A stretch of 64,000 nt of DNA from an uncultured Eubacteriales bacterium. Its GTDB lineage: Bacteria > Bacillota > Clostridia > TANB77 > CAG-508. Below the pieces are notes generated by a model that searched no databases, was not told where the DNA came from, and saw only the letters and a list, made by a program, of their open reading frames with translations. The position numbers and the translations under genes are program-made. Position 1 is the stretch's first letter. The number at the start of each line of letters is the position of its first letter. Below, piece after piece: positions 36,112-45,553 of this stretch. The stretch covers positions 15,244 to 79,243 of the forward strand of contig CASEIZ010000069.1 of NCBI GenBank assembly GCA_949288185.1. The letters are read 5' to 3'.

Positions 36112-36549
36112 TTATTCTTTTTTCCAAGTCATAACATATTCCGTTTCATTAAATTGCTCATTTAATTGGATTTTAGTGTTTTTAAATTGTAGATTTGAGA
36201 AAAATATAATACCATTCATATTTTTTTCAAATACCTTTACAAAAAGTTCTGCATTTTCTTCTAAATTATTTCTATAATAATTTAGCAATTTGGTCCCGAT
36301 TTCATGTCCTCTATTTTCTTCTTTTACAAATATTGCTTTGATTTCATTCTCATCAATCGAAATAAATCCTAAAATTTCATCATTTTCTACATAGACATAA
36401 GTTTTAAATTTTTCTAAAAAATCTACTTTTACTTGATTATAGATTTCTAACCAATAATCTTTTTCAATAAAACTATTTGCTTTAAAATTTCCTTTTACCC
36501 ATATTGTCATTACCTTTGTTAAGTCCTCTTCTTTTATTTTTCTTATCAT
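36112..36549 (-). CDS. GNAT family N-acetyltransferase
   Basis: Acetyl-CoA binding motif …LGFISIDENEIKAIFVKEENRGHEIGTKLL…. Start taken at MIRKIKEEDL, which has an AAGGTGG ribosome-binding site. Confidence 0.7.
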   Translation of the reverse strand: MIRKIKEEDLTKVMTIWVKGNFKANSFIEKDYWLEIYNQVKVDFLEKFKTYVYVENDEILGFISIDENEIKAIFVKEENRGHEIGTKLLNYYRNNLEENAELFVKVFEKNMNGIIFFSNLQFKNTKIQLNEQFNETEYVMTWKKE

Positions 36550-36637
36550 ATAACCACCTTTTTCCTTTGTTTTTCTTAATGTAACAGAAAAATGTGTATT
36601 TTTCAATATATTTTTGTTAATATTTGATGATTTATTT

Positions 36638-37369
36638 TTATTCTTCAACTAATTTTATAAATTCTTCATAACTTCCATTAAATACATTCATATCAATAAA
36701 TTTTTCTTCACCATTGTAACCCTCTAATCTTTCTCTATTGGTATATTGCCATAAAGTCCATTTTCGGTTATCTTTTAAATTTGGAGTTGAAAAAATATCT
36801 CTTATCCAAATTTTATATCCTTCAAAATTATCTTTTATGTATAAATTATAAGATGTATTTGTTGCATATATGATGGGGTTCTTTTCATAATATTCTTCCA
36901 ATTTTTCTAATAACTTTTTTAACTGTTCTCTTGTATTTTCAGCATTAGGAATATTTTTATTCTTGTCTCCATAAAATTCTATATCCACAACTGGTGGCAA
37001 TAGGTTCATGTCTTTTGGTACATTTTTTATATAGTTTTCACTTTGAGAAATTGCATCACTATCAAAACTAAAAAAATGGTATGCTCCTATTTTTAAATTT
37101 GTAGTAATCGCATTTTGATAATTATATTGAAATCTTTCATCTGTATAACTGCTACCTTCCGTTGCCTTTATATATGCAAAATCTATATTTTGATTAGAAA
37201 GCTTTTCCCAATCAATTTCTCCTTGATATTCTGAAACATCTATTCCTCTTACTGGATAATCTTCAGAAGAGGGGTTATTAAATTTTATATTTCCATTATA
37301 TATTAAAAAAGCAATGATACATACGGTTAAAACAACTATAATGATACTAATATATATGAATTTTTTCAT
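36638..37369 (-). CDS. Glycoside hydrolase family 25 lysozyme (muramidase), membrane-anchored
   Basis: GH25 catalytic region GIDVSEYQGEIDWEKL…FAYIKATEG…GAYHFF. N-terminal TM helix. Start at MKKFIYI, which has a GGAGG ribosome-binding site. Confidence 0.8.
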   Translation of the reverse strand: MKKFIYISIIIVVLTVCIIAFLIYNGNIKFNNPSSEDYPVRGIDVSEYQGEIDWEKLSNQNIDFAYIKATEGSSYTDERFQYNYQNAITTNLKIGAYHFFSFDSDAISQSENYIKNVPKDMNLLPPVVDIEFYGDKNKNIPNAENTREQLKKLLEKLEEYYEKNPIIYATNTSYNLYIKDNFEGYKIWIRDIFSTPNLKDNRKWTLWQYTNRERLEGYNGEEKFIDMNVFNGSYEEFIKLVEE

Positions 37370-37618
37370 AATTCCTCCATTTATTATTTTTATTATCATA
37401 TCACATTTTTTTATAATTTGGTATATCTATCATTCTTCCAATTATATATCCTAAAATACTTTCTCCTGCTACGAATACGATTGAAGTAATTACATTCCAT
37501 TCCATTATTCCTCCCCATGAAATCATATATATGCTATATATTGCTAAAAGGATGATATAATTTATGAATAAGATTTTAAAAAAATCAGAAGAGGTTTTTT
37601 GTCTAATCTTTTTTCTTT

Positions 37619-38101
37619 CTATATAATAACTAATAAGCCCAATGACACCTGCTCCTCCAAATAGAAATATAGCTGGTTGTTATCTTTTTCAAATCTTTTT
37701 CTTATTATCGTTATATTTAAGATAAGAATGATGACAAGAATAAAAGTAATACCCAAGTTTCTTATAGGAATATATATCCCCTCTTCTTTTATCAGATTAT
37801 TTTCCCAAGGAATCCCTTCTAAATATAAGACCTCTTTTTCTCCATCTTCATAATAAACTTCATAATCATTGTTATCCCAAACTTCTTCATATATAATTTT
37901 CTTTGCTTCACTATCTGTTCTAAAATTTTCCTCTCCTACATATGCATAAATCCTATCTCTATTGTCTTCATTTATATATAATTCATATTCTCCCGAATAT
38001 CTTAATGTGTAAGTTGAAAATACAAGTATAAAAATGGCTAAAACCCAATTTATGATTCTATATATTCTTTCTAAAGACTTCTCTTTTTTATTTTCTTCCA
38101 T
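37619..38101 (-). CDS. Hypothetical membrane protein (possibly frameshifted at its 3' end)
   Basis: N-terminal TM and a Tyr/Glu-rich domain. Around 37640-37680 an alternative frame continues with two more TM helices (…AIFLFGGAGVIGLISYYIERKK…) for ~80 codons. Confidence 0.45.
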   Translation of the reverse strand: MEENKKEKSLERIYRIINWVLAIFILVFSTYTLRYSGEYELYINEDNRDRIYAYVGEENFRTDSEAKKIIYEEVWDNNDYEVYYEDGEKEVLYLEGIPWENNLIKEEGIYIPIRNLGITFILVIILILNITIIRKRFEKDNNQLYFYLEEQVSLGLLVII

Positions 38102-38260
38102 AGATGCCTCCTTTTGTTAGTTATATATTATCGTTTCATGTTTGTCAATATTTTTTTACTGTTTTTCAATAATCACAATTTCAAAAAGTAATTAATGAGT
38201 CCTAACTAGTTATTAAAAAAGAAGATATAAAAAATATATCTTCTTTCCATACATTATTTT

Positions 38261-39532
38261 TTATTCCTCCTCTTTGATTATATTTTTACTTCCTAGATAT
38301 GTCGCTAAGAAATATAATCCATATATAACACCGATAATAACTGTTGTTACAATAACAGACGGTAACAATTCTTCCTCTGATGCTAGTGAAGCCATCATAG
38401 ATAATATAAATTTAATTCCAAATATAGAATGGATAATGGCAAGCGCTAATGGTAGCATAAAGAATATAAATATTTGTCTAAACAATGCTTGATTGGTCAT
38501 CTTTTCATCACAACCAATTTTTCTTAAAATAGTATATCTTTGTTTGTTATCTGAACTTTCTGTTAATTGTTTTAATGCTAAAATAGCAGAACTTGCAATT
38601 AAGAAAATAACGCCTAAGTAAATTGCTATAAATATGATAATCGTTGCTAATCCTTTACTTGCTTCTCTTATACTAATTTTTGTCATTCCATCTATCTCTA
38701 TACCTTTTTGATCTAAATTGTTCAATAGTGTATTATTATCTGCTTCTGCAAATGTTTTTTCTATTTGTTCTTTTTCTTCATCTGTTTCTGCATTATAATT
38801 TGCCACTAAGAACTGTTCTTCTTTCCATTCTTCTTTTAGTTCCAAACTATCTGGAACTAACATGATTCCTGTATTTACATAACTTGTAGACATTTCGATA
38901 AATCCACTTTTACATTCATCATATTTTGCATGTAAAGTTTTTCCCTCAATTTCTATAGTTGCATTTTCTTTTAAGGCTTGATTTCTTAATTCTGTCATGT
39001 TATCAAAATCGCAAAGTACAATATATTCATCATCATTTAGACTATACTGTTCTTGTCCATAAAGTTCTGCAATTTTATTATAATCAGAAACTTTTATAAC
39101 TTCTTCTGGTGTATCATACATAAGCATTGAAAATTGCACTTTTGCTTGTTCATAATAATCTCCTAAGCTATATGCTAAAGTCCATTCAGGAATTGCATAA
39201 ATAGGAATTTCTATCACATCTTTTAAGGTATTCATATCATATCCATTGGTTTCTAATGTGTAACTAACTGGTTGTTTTGAATCTTCTCTTTGTTCTTCTG
39301 TAGTATATATCATCTGACCTGTATACGAATCTTCATAACTTTCTGGTAGATTTGCTGTCTTGTATAAATTGACATCTACTGGTGTCATTTCTTCTAATTC
39401 TGAATCCAATGAATTTTGTATCGATAAACTGCTAGATAATACACTAATGTTCATAAATAGCATTAGACAAATAACAGACATACTCATAACGGTTGTATTA
39501 ATCTTATTATTTAATTGTCTTAATACAAACAT
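38261..39532 (-). CDS. ABC transporter permease, FtsX/MacB-type (4 TM plus a large extracytoplasmic domain)
   Basis: TM1, a ~250-aa extracellular domain, then an FtsX-fold C-terminus (…IIIFIAIYLGVIFLIASSAILALKQ…FRQIFIFFMLP…). Start taken at MFVLRQ. Confidence 0.75.
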   Translation of the reverse strand: MFVLRQLNNKINTTVMSMSVICLMLFMNISVLSSSLSIQNSLDSELEEMTPVDVNLYKTANLPESYEDSYTGQMIYTTEEQREDSKQPVSYTLETNGYDMNTLKDVIEIPIYAIPEWTLAYSLGDYYEQAKVQFSMLMYDTPEEVIKVSDYNKIAELYGQEQYSLNDDEYIVLCDFDNMTELRNQALKENATIEIEGKTLHAKYDECKSGFIEMSTSYVNTGIMLVPDSLELKEEWKEEQFLVANYNAETDEEKEQIEKTFAEADNNTLLNNLDQKGIEIDGMTKISIREASKGLATIIIFIAIYLGVIFLIASSAILALKQLTESSDNKQRYTILRKIGCDEKMTNQALFRQIFIFFMLPLALAIIHSIFGIKFILSMMASLASEEELLPSVIVTTVIIGVIYGLYFLATYLGSKNIIKEEE

Positions 39533-40214
39533 ATTGGTTCCTTTTAGATATATCTTTTTTCTGGTTTGTATGATTCTTATCTGCATAACTTGCTGTAAAG
39601 GCATCATGTGTAACCATTAGAATGGTTGCACCTAAATTTTGATTTAGATGTTCAAAAGTTTCCAATAATTGTCTTGCAGATTTACTATCTAATGCACCTG
39701 TTGGCTCATCTGCTAAAACCATTTTTGGATTTGTAATAATAGCTCTTGCTGATGCTACTCTTTGTTTTTGTCCTCCTGATATTTGATATGGATATTTATT
39801 TAAAATATCTGATATTTCCAGTTTTTCTGCTACTCCTTTTACCCTTTTATCAATTTCATGCGCATTTACTTTTTGAATGGTTAATGCTAATGCTATATTT
39901 TCATAAGCTGTTAATGTATCTAATAAGTTAAAATCTTGAAATATAAAGCCCAACTCTTCTCTTCTAAATTTGTTTAATTTGTTTCCTTTTAATTTTGTAA
40001 TATCTTGATTATTGATGATAATGTTACCTGCTGTTACTCTATCAATTGTCGAAATACAATTCAAAAGAGTCGTTTTTCCTGATCCAGATGCTCCCATGAT
40101 TCCAACAAATTCTCCTGTCTCCACATTAAAACTAATCCCTGCAATAGCTTTGGTTAAATTGGATTTGTTTCCATAGTATTTTTCTATGTTTTTGACTTCT
40201 AATACATGACTCAT
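39507..40214 (-). CDS. ABC transporter ATP-binding protein (MacB/LolD-like)
   Basis: Walker A GASGSGKTTLLN, signature ISGGQKQRVASARA, Walker B MVLADEPTGALD. The C-terminal tail looks frame-shifted (see findings). Confidence 0.85.
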   Translation of the reverse strand: MSHVLEVKNIEKYYGNKSNLTKAIAGISFNVETGEFVGIMGASGSGKTTLLNCISTIDRVTAGNIIINNQDITKLKGNKLNKFRREELGFIFQDFNLLDTLTAYENIALALTIQKVNAHEIDKRVKGVAEKLEISDILNKYPYQISGGQKQRVASARAIITNPKMVLADEPTGALDSKSARQLLETFEHLNQNLGATILMVTHDAFTASYADKNHTNQKKDISKRNQYVCIKTIK

Positions 40215-40245
40215 TTAATTTCATTCCTTTCTTTAGGTACAAATT

Positions 40246-40368
40246 GCTTGGAAAAGAATTGTGCTTTTGGCTAGGCAGACAAGTCCAAAATCAATGAGGC
40301 GTGCTTTTGCACGTTGATTTGATTTTGGATGAAGTCTAACAACGCCAAAACGCAATTATTTTTCAAGC
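40246..40368. repeat. Nested GC-richer palindrome (element D, ~123 bp)
   Basis: Outer inverted repeat GCTTGGAAAAGAATTGTGCTTTTGGC/GCCAAAACGCAATTATTTTTCAAGC. Inner CCAAAATCAA/TTGATTTTGG. Core GCGTGC-tttt-GCACG. Confidence 0.65.
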
Positions 40369-40505
40369 TTGTAAACCTCCATTTATCTTTTATTCTGTAT
40401 TTATTATACGGCTTATTTTGTTTTCTTTCCATTGTTTAATCTTACATTTTTCTTACATTTTTGTAAGGTAATTGTGCGTTAACGAAATCAAAGATTGCTA
40501 TATAG

Positions 40506-40555
40506 GACAAATCTCGCTTCGCGAGAACTTTTCTCTACTTTTCTAATTTAACTAT
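40506..40555 (+). repeat. ~50-bp repeat copy 1 (GACAAATCTCGCTTCGCGAGAACTT…TTTAACTAT)
   Basis: Nearly identical to 47042-47089 in direct orientation. It contains the perfect hairpin CTCGC-ttc-GCGAG. A partial inverted copy lies at 40564-40592. Confidence 0.8.
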
Positions 40556-40639
40556 ATATATTTAAGTTCTCGAAGAAGCGTAAAGATTTGTCGCCGCGAA
40601 AAATTGCATAGCAATTTTTCTGTGCAACGTTGTTTTTTT

Positions 40640-40705
40640 ATTGAATAGGAAAAGCGATTTTTCTATTCAATAAAAAAGGTAAGATATTTTTTGTATCTTA
40701 CCTTT
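40640..40705 (-). terminator. Tandem terminators downstream of the HTH-peptidase gene
   Basis: Perfect hairpin AAAGGTAAGATA/TATCTTACCTTT, with TTTTTTATTG on the minus strand, followed by ATTGAATAG-(14 nt)-CTATTCAAT. Confidence 0.6.
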
Positions 40706-40731
40706 AAACAATCTATCTCTTTTTCATTGAT

Positions 40732-41823
40732 TTATTTTTTCCATTTATATCTTGTTTTTAAATTACTATATTTATTATATGGTAAAAGATTATCCTTTTG
40801 TAATCTTCCTATTAACACAAATTCTTTTATCTTATTTTGTTGACTAAATTCTTTTATACTTTCTATTGAAAAATCTTTTTTCTGTACATATTCCTCGTAT
40901 TTATCACTACTTATTAAAAAATCTTTAGCAAAATTATCTGCTATCTCTTCTGTTTTCGTATTTTCAATATAATAGTCCAATTTATTTTCTTTGATATCAT
41001 CATTTAATATATGTCCTATTTCATGAAATAACGTAAACCAAAAAATATCAGCATATGATTGTCGTATTGTCATACATAATATAATTCTGTCGTTTTTATT
41101 TTCTATAAATCCCTGTATAGGTGCTCCTTGAAAATTTTTTACTAATTCAAATATAATTCCACACTTCTTAAATATTTCCTTTAATTTTTGTATCATCATA
41201 TTAGGATCTTCTTCAAACATTAACTGCTTAATATCTTGTAAATAATTCTTTAATTTTTCACTATGATATGTGTCTTCAATAGTTTCTTTTTCAGCTATTA
41301 ATTCACATACTCTTTGCCATGCATATAACACATATTCATCAACTTGTATATTTTTGGCTGTTCGATAAGCTACTTTTGTTATTAATAATTTTTCTATATT
41401 TAACAAATTATTTGTTTTACAAAGATTTCTAGCTATAATGACTTCTTCAGTAGTATTATTATATTTATTTATTAGATTTAATAAAATAGCATATTCTAAA
41501 ATAGGTTCTATTCTTTTTGTAATCTCTATTTCTCTTTTATCAATATTATTTCTTTCTTGATATTCAATAATTTCTTTATCATATATTGCTTGTAATTTTA
41601 ACCAAAATGTAAATTTTACTCCAAAAACATATTCCAATGCCTTAGCAAATTTGGGTGAAATTCCTTTTTTCCCATTTATCACTTCACTAACATGTTTTGC
41701 AGAAAAACCTGTTCTTTCTGCCAACTCTTCTTGATTCATATTATTTTCTTCTAATTTCTCTTTTATACTTATTCCTGGATGTAGAATAAAATCAAGGGAT
41801 AAGCCAGTTGTACTTGTCTCCAT
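40732..41823 (-). CDS. HigA-like XRE helix-turn-helix antitoxin fused to an ImmA/IrrE-family (DUF955) Zn-metallopeptidase domain
   Basis: N-terminal XRE helix-turn-helix (MNQEELAERTGFSAKHVSEVINGKKGISPKFAKAL). C-terminal HEXXH (FTLFHEIGHILNDD), typical of COG2856. Overlaps higB by 32 nt. Length 363 aa. Confidence 0.8.
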   Translation of the reverse strand: METSTTGLSLDFILHPGISIKEKLEENNMNQEELAERTGFSAKHVSEVINGKKGISPKFAKALEYVFGVKFTFWLKLQAIYDKEIIEYQERNNIDKREIEITKRIEPILEYAILLNLINKYNNTTEEVIIARNLCKTNNLLNIEKLLITKVAYRTAKNIQVDEYVLYAWQRVCELIAEKETIEDTYHSEKLKNYLQDIKQLMFEEDPNMMIQKLKEIFKKCGIIFELVKNFQGAPIQGFIENKNDRIILCMTIRQSYADIFWFTLFHEIGHILNDDIKENKLDYYIENTKTEEIADNFAKDFLISSDKYEEYVQKKDFSIESIKEFSQQNKIKEFVLIGRLQKDNLLPYNKYSNLKTRYKWKK

Positions 41824-42109
41824 GATAATCTATCACTCCTCTCACAATTATTTTTTCATTACCCTTAGGCATTACTACCAATCGATAATTCCCTGTAATC
41901 CCAACACCAAAATATCTTTTCATATTGCCTTTTAAAGGATGTGGTTTTCCAAAACCATATTTCATAAATTCTTGGAAATTTTCTGTTGCTTCTATTTGAT
42001 TAAATCTTAATTTAACCATCTTAGCTAATTCTATGCCTATTGTTTTTCTTAATTCTTCCATATTGGACATTTTCTTTTGTATCTCATGATTATGCCATTC
42101 TATTTCCAA
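41792..42109 (-). CDS. higB: HigB-family (RelE/ParE superfamily) toxin
   Basis: …GKPHPLKGNMKRYFGVGITGNYRLVV…IVRGVIDYH matches the HigB/plasmid-killer pattern (HPLKG…W…R…F…DYH). Confidence 0.75.
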   Translation of the reverse strand: MEIEWHNHEIQKKMSNMEELRKTIGIELAKMVKLRFNQIEATENFQEFMKYGFGKPHPLKGNMKRYFGVGITGNYRLVVMPKGNEKIIVRGVIDYHGDKYNWLIP

Positions 42110-42258
42110 GTTCTTTCCTCCTTTTGTATCTTGTTGTTACCTATTAGGTAATTAAATTCTATCATATACTTATATATATGTCAATGCTATAAAATTTTTT
42201 CTTTTAAAAAATAAATCTATTTATGTTGAAATTTCATTGCTATTATACGAATTTTTAT

Positions 42259-43845
42259 TTATTTCGTCAAATGTTTTAATTTTATTAGTTCCTTAAATTC
42301 TTCTTCAAGTTCTTTTTTTCTTTTTTCATCTTTTGTCACTGCTAGTTCTGAAGTAATTTGTGATAATTTAAAATCTAATAATAGTTTATCATTTTCATGA
42401 TGATTTTGCTCTTTTTTACTTTTTTCTTTTTCATATTGTAAATAAGAAGAATAATTCCCTTCATATTCTATGATTTTATGATTTTTTATCACCAAAATGT
42501 CTGTTGCAATATGATCTATAAAAGTCTTATCATGTGTAACAAATAAAATCGTTCCATTGTATTCTTTTAACAATTTTTCTAAACTTTCAATAGATTCAAT
42601 ATCCAAGAAATTGGTAGGTTCATCTAATATCAGTAAATTATTATCTGATATCAATATCTTAGCAATGGATACTTTTACACGTTCTCCTCCACTTAAATCT
42701 TCTATCTTTTTTTCTAAATCTTTATCTTTAAATAAAAGATTTGCCAGTATATTTTTTACAACCATTTCTGATTGATTCGTATCTTGCATCACATTTTGTA
42801 ACACTGTTCTAGCAAAATCCAAATTGGTAAAGTCCTGTGAAAAATATCCTATTTTTATATTAGGATTTACTTTTATATGATAATTGCCATTTATCATTTG
42901 GTTTATAAGTGTAGTCTTTCCTGCTCCATTTTCTCCTATTAAAGCTGTTTTTCGATTGGTTTTGACAACACAACTTGCATTTTTAAATAAAAGTTTATCT
43001 CCTAATTTTATATTTAAGTTTTCTATATTTACTGCAATTTTATTTTTTACTCTTTCTTCTGTCTGATATTTCATATATATTTTTTGATTATTTTGTGGTT
43101 TTTCTTTTACTTCTAATTTATCTAATCTGGTTTGTAAGGCATTTGTATGTCCTTCCAATTTTTCTCTTATATTTTCAACACCTCTTTTGTGTAATCTTGC
43201 TTCAGAATTTCCCATTCGCTTCGGCGTTTTTCTAACTTCTTTTGCTGTGTTTTTTGAAATATGAATTGCTTTTTCTAATCTATGTTTTTCATTTACATAT
43301 TGCATATATTCAAATTGTTGTCTTTTTACTTCTGCCTCTTTTTGTAATTTATATTTTGAATAATTACCTTCATATCTTTTGACTTTTCCATCTTTTATTT
43401 CTATAATGGCTGTACAAATTTCATCTAATAAACTTCTATCATGAGATATGATGAGTATAGTTCCTTTATATTTTTTTAATTCTTTTTCAATATGGTTGAT
43501 TCCATTTCTATCTAAATTACTTGATGGTTCATCTAGTAATAAGATGCCATTTTGATGTAATACTTTTTTATGAAATGCTTCTTTCTTTTTTTCTCCACCA
43601 CTTAAATCCTTATTTTGATCATTGATTTCTTCAAATTGCTCCATATATATGATATTTTGCTTATGAATGATTTCTCCTGTATCTGGTTTCACTTTACCAA
43701 CTATCATATTTAATAATGTTGTTTTTCCTGAACCATTTTGTCCTACAATCCCTATTTTTTCATTTTCATATATTTTCAAATCATCAATTTCTAATAGTTT
43801 TCTATCTCCATAATATTTGGAAATATTTTTTAATTCTAATACCAT
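42259..43845 (-). CDS. ABC-F family ATPase, ARE (antibiotic resistance, ribosome-protection) type
   Basis: Two ABC ATPase domains (GQNGSGKTT/LSGGEKKK and GENGAGKTT/LSGGERVK) joined by a ~90-aa basic inter-domain linker. No TM. Lys/Glu-rich C-terminal extension. Length 528 aa. Confidence 0.8.
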   Translation of the reverse strand: MVLELKNISKYYGDRKLLEIDDLKIYENEKIGIVGQNGSGKTTLLNMIVGKVKPDTGEIIHKQNIIYMEQFEEINDQNKDLSGGEKKKEAFHKKVLHQNGILLLDEPSSNLDRNGINHIEKELKKYKGTILIISHDRSLLDEICTAIIEIKDGKVKRYEGNYSKYKLQKEAEVKRQQFEYMQYVNEKHRLEKAIHISKNTAKEVRKTPKRMGNSEARLHKRGVENIREKLEGHTNALQTRLDKLEVKEKPQNNQKIYMKYQTEERVKNKIAVNIENLNIKLGDKLLFKNASCVVKTNRKTALIGENGAGKTTLINQMINGNYHIKVNPNIKIGYFSQDFTNLDFARTVLQNVMQDTNQSEMVVKNILANLLFKDKDLEKKIEDLSGGERVKVSIAKILISDNNLLILDEPTNFLDIESIESLEKLLKEYNGTILFVTHDKTFIDHIATDILVIKNHKIIEYEGNYSSYLQYEKEKSKKEQNHHENDKLLLDFKLSQITSELAVTKDEKRKKELEEEFKELIKLKHLTK

Positions 43846-43847
43846 AA

Positions 43848-43883
43848 AAACTCCTCCTTTAAATCATATTAAAGAAGGAGTTT
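43848..43883 (-). promoter_or_regulatory. Leader hairpin sequestering the ABC-F ribosome-binding site (attenuator-like)
   Basis: In mRNA sense, AAACUCCUUCUUUAA-uaugau-UUAAAGGAGGAGUUU followed by UUUUAUG. The AAGGAGG ribosome-binding site lies inside the 3' arm and the U-run ends at the start codon. Leader is about 250 nt with a possible mini-ORF (MMIINKLENIK). Confidence 0.55.
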
Positions 43884-44141
43884 ATTATCTATTACATCAA
43901 ATCTCATTCAATTTTTGTATATATTCTGATATTGCTAATTTGGTAGCTTACATATATATAATATCTAAAAATTTGCATTATTAATAAACCATTCTAAAAT
44001 ATGATTGTCATCTTATTTTATATTTTCTAGTTTATTAATAATCATCATCTTACCACCATTTTAACCTTTCTCTTCAATTCATTTTTTATTTTAGCATAAT
44101 TTCATCCATTTTTCAATAGGATTCTTAATCTATTCATCACA

Positions 44142-45443
44142 TTATTCCTTTACTTTTTCTGGTCTATTAATGCTGTATCGTATATCTTCATCACTATATT
44201 CCTCTGGTTTCAACCCTACTTTATCTCTCATATAATATAACAATAATACTATACCGAGTGTGGTTATACAACCTATGATAATAAAGGTATTTGCAGTTGT
44301 CGTTATTGCTAATAATCCAGAAGATATTAATGATAGAATCGCTGTTGCTAAATTTGCTGTCAAATATCGTAAGGCTGATATTTTAGGTCTTATACCTCGA
44401 TTGGTAAAATTATTTAGATATCTTGTCATTAAACCTATATATGGTCCTTTTATCGCATATTGGATGGCAAATAATACAACAATTAGTATTAATGATGACC
44501 TTGATAATTGGTCTTGTCCAATAAATCCTATCACAATACATGACATAACCATTGGAATTCCTAACCATGCTAATGTTTTATTCCTAAAGTTATCTTGTAT
44601 TTTTTCTGTATTTCTAGTAGATATTGCTGCAATAATTTGTAACACAGCAAATATAACACCAAAATACTGTTCAGGAACTTGTAGTTCTTCTAGCATACTA
44701 CTTCTTAAATTTACAATTGCTATTATCGTTCCCATAAGTAATGCATTAAACATGATTAATGAACGAATTCTCTTAGACTTTAAGAAAAATCTAAAAGAAG
44801 TTTTTAATTGTACCATATATTCTGTAAATTTTATTGGTTCTACTTTATTCTGTACAATAGCGGTATGTCTAAATTTAAATGACAAAATAGTTGCAATTGT
44901 ACAACATATAAAGCATAAAACCATTGGAATATATCCATTAATAACAAACGTAAATCCTGCTGTTGTAGAAGCAATGGCCTCAAATATATAAAAATATGAT
45001 GTAGATTTTCCATCTATTTTTGAAAATATCTTTCCTCTTCTATACCCTTTTGGCAATGAATCATACAATATATTTGCTTCACAAATTCCTTTTATAGAAT
45101 ATCCTAGTGCATATATAAATTGAATGATTAATAATTCATAATATTCTTGCATAAATATCATAGATAATATGCTTAATGTATATAATACATTTCCAACTAT
45201 TAACGCATTCTTTTTTCCTACTCTATCTACTAGTCTTGTTACTGGTATCTGCCATAATGTATTAGACAATGTGTAAAATGCATCAGAAAATAATACTTGA
45301 GCTGCTGAAAATCCTTTTACTTGTGTTAAAAATAAGAATATGATTGGGTAATAGAATAATAAATCCCATGATACCATTTTATATAATGGGAATAATCTAA
45401 CATTTTTCTTTTTGTGCCTGATTAATTTTTCCTTTGTACTCAA
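44142..45443 (-). CDS. MFS transporter
   Basis: About 12 TM helices and an MFS signature region (…VTRLVDRVGKKNAL…). Length 433 aa. Confidence 0.75.
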   Translation of the reverse strand: MSTKEKLIRHKKKNVRLFPLYKMVSWDLLFYYPIIFLFLTQVKGFSAAQVLFSDAFYTLSNTLWQIPVTRLVDRVGKKNALIVGNVLYTLSILSMIFMQEYYELLIIQFIYALGYSIKGICEANILYDSLPKGYRRGKIFSKIDGKSTSYFYIFEAIASTTAGFTFVINGYIPMVLCFICCTIATILSFKFRHTAIVQNKVEPIKFTEYMVQLKTSFRFFLKSKRIRSLIMFNALLMGTIIAIVNLRSSMLEELQVPEQYFGVIFAVLQIIAAISTRNTEKIQDNFRNKTLAWLGIPMVMSCIVIGFIGQDQLSRSSLILIVVLFAIQYAIKGPYIGLMTRYLNNFTNRGIRPKISALRYLTANLATAILSLISSGLLAITTTANTFIIIGCITTLGIVLLLYYMRDKVGLKPEEYSDEDIRYSINRPEKVKE

Positions 45444-45553
45444 ATTGTTTCTCCCTTTTTTATTTTCTTTTTATTGTATAGTCTAACATAAAAGTAAAAT
45501 ATAGGAAAGTTCCCTGAACTTCCTATCATATGAAAAAAGATGTTAAACATCTT

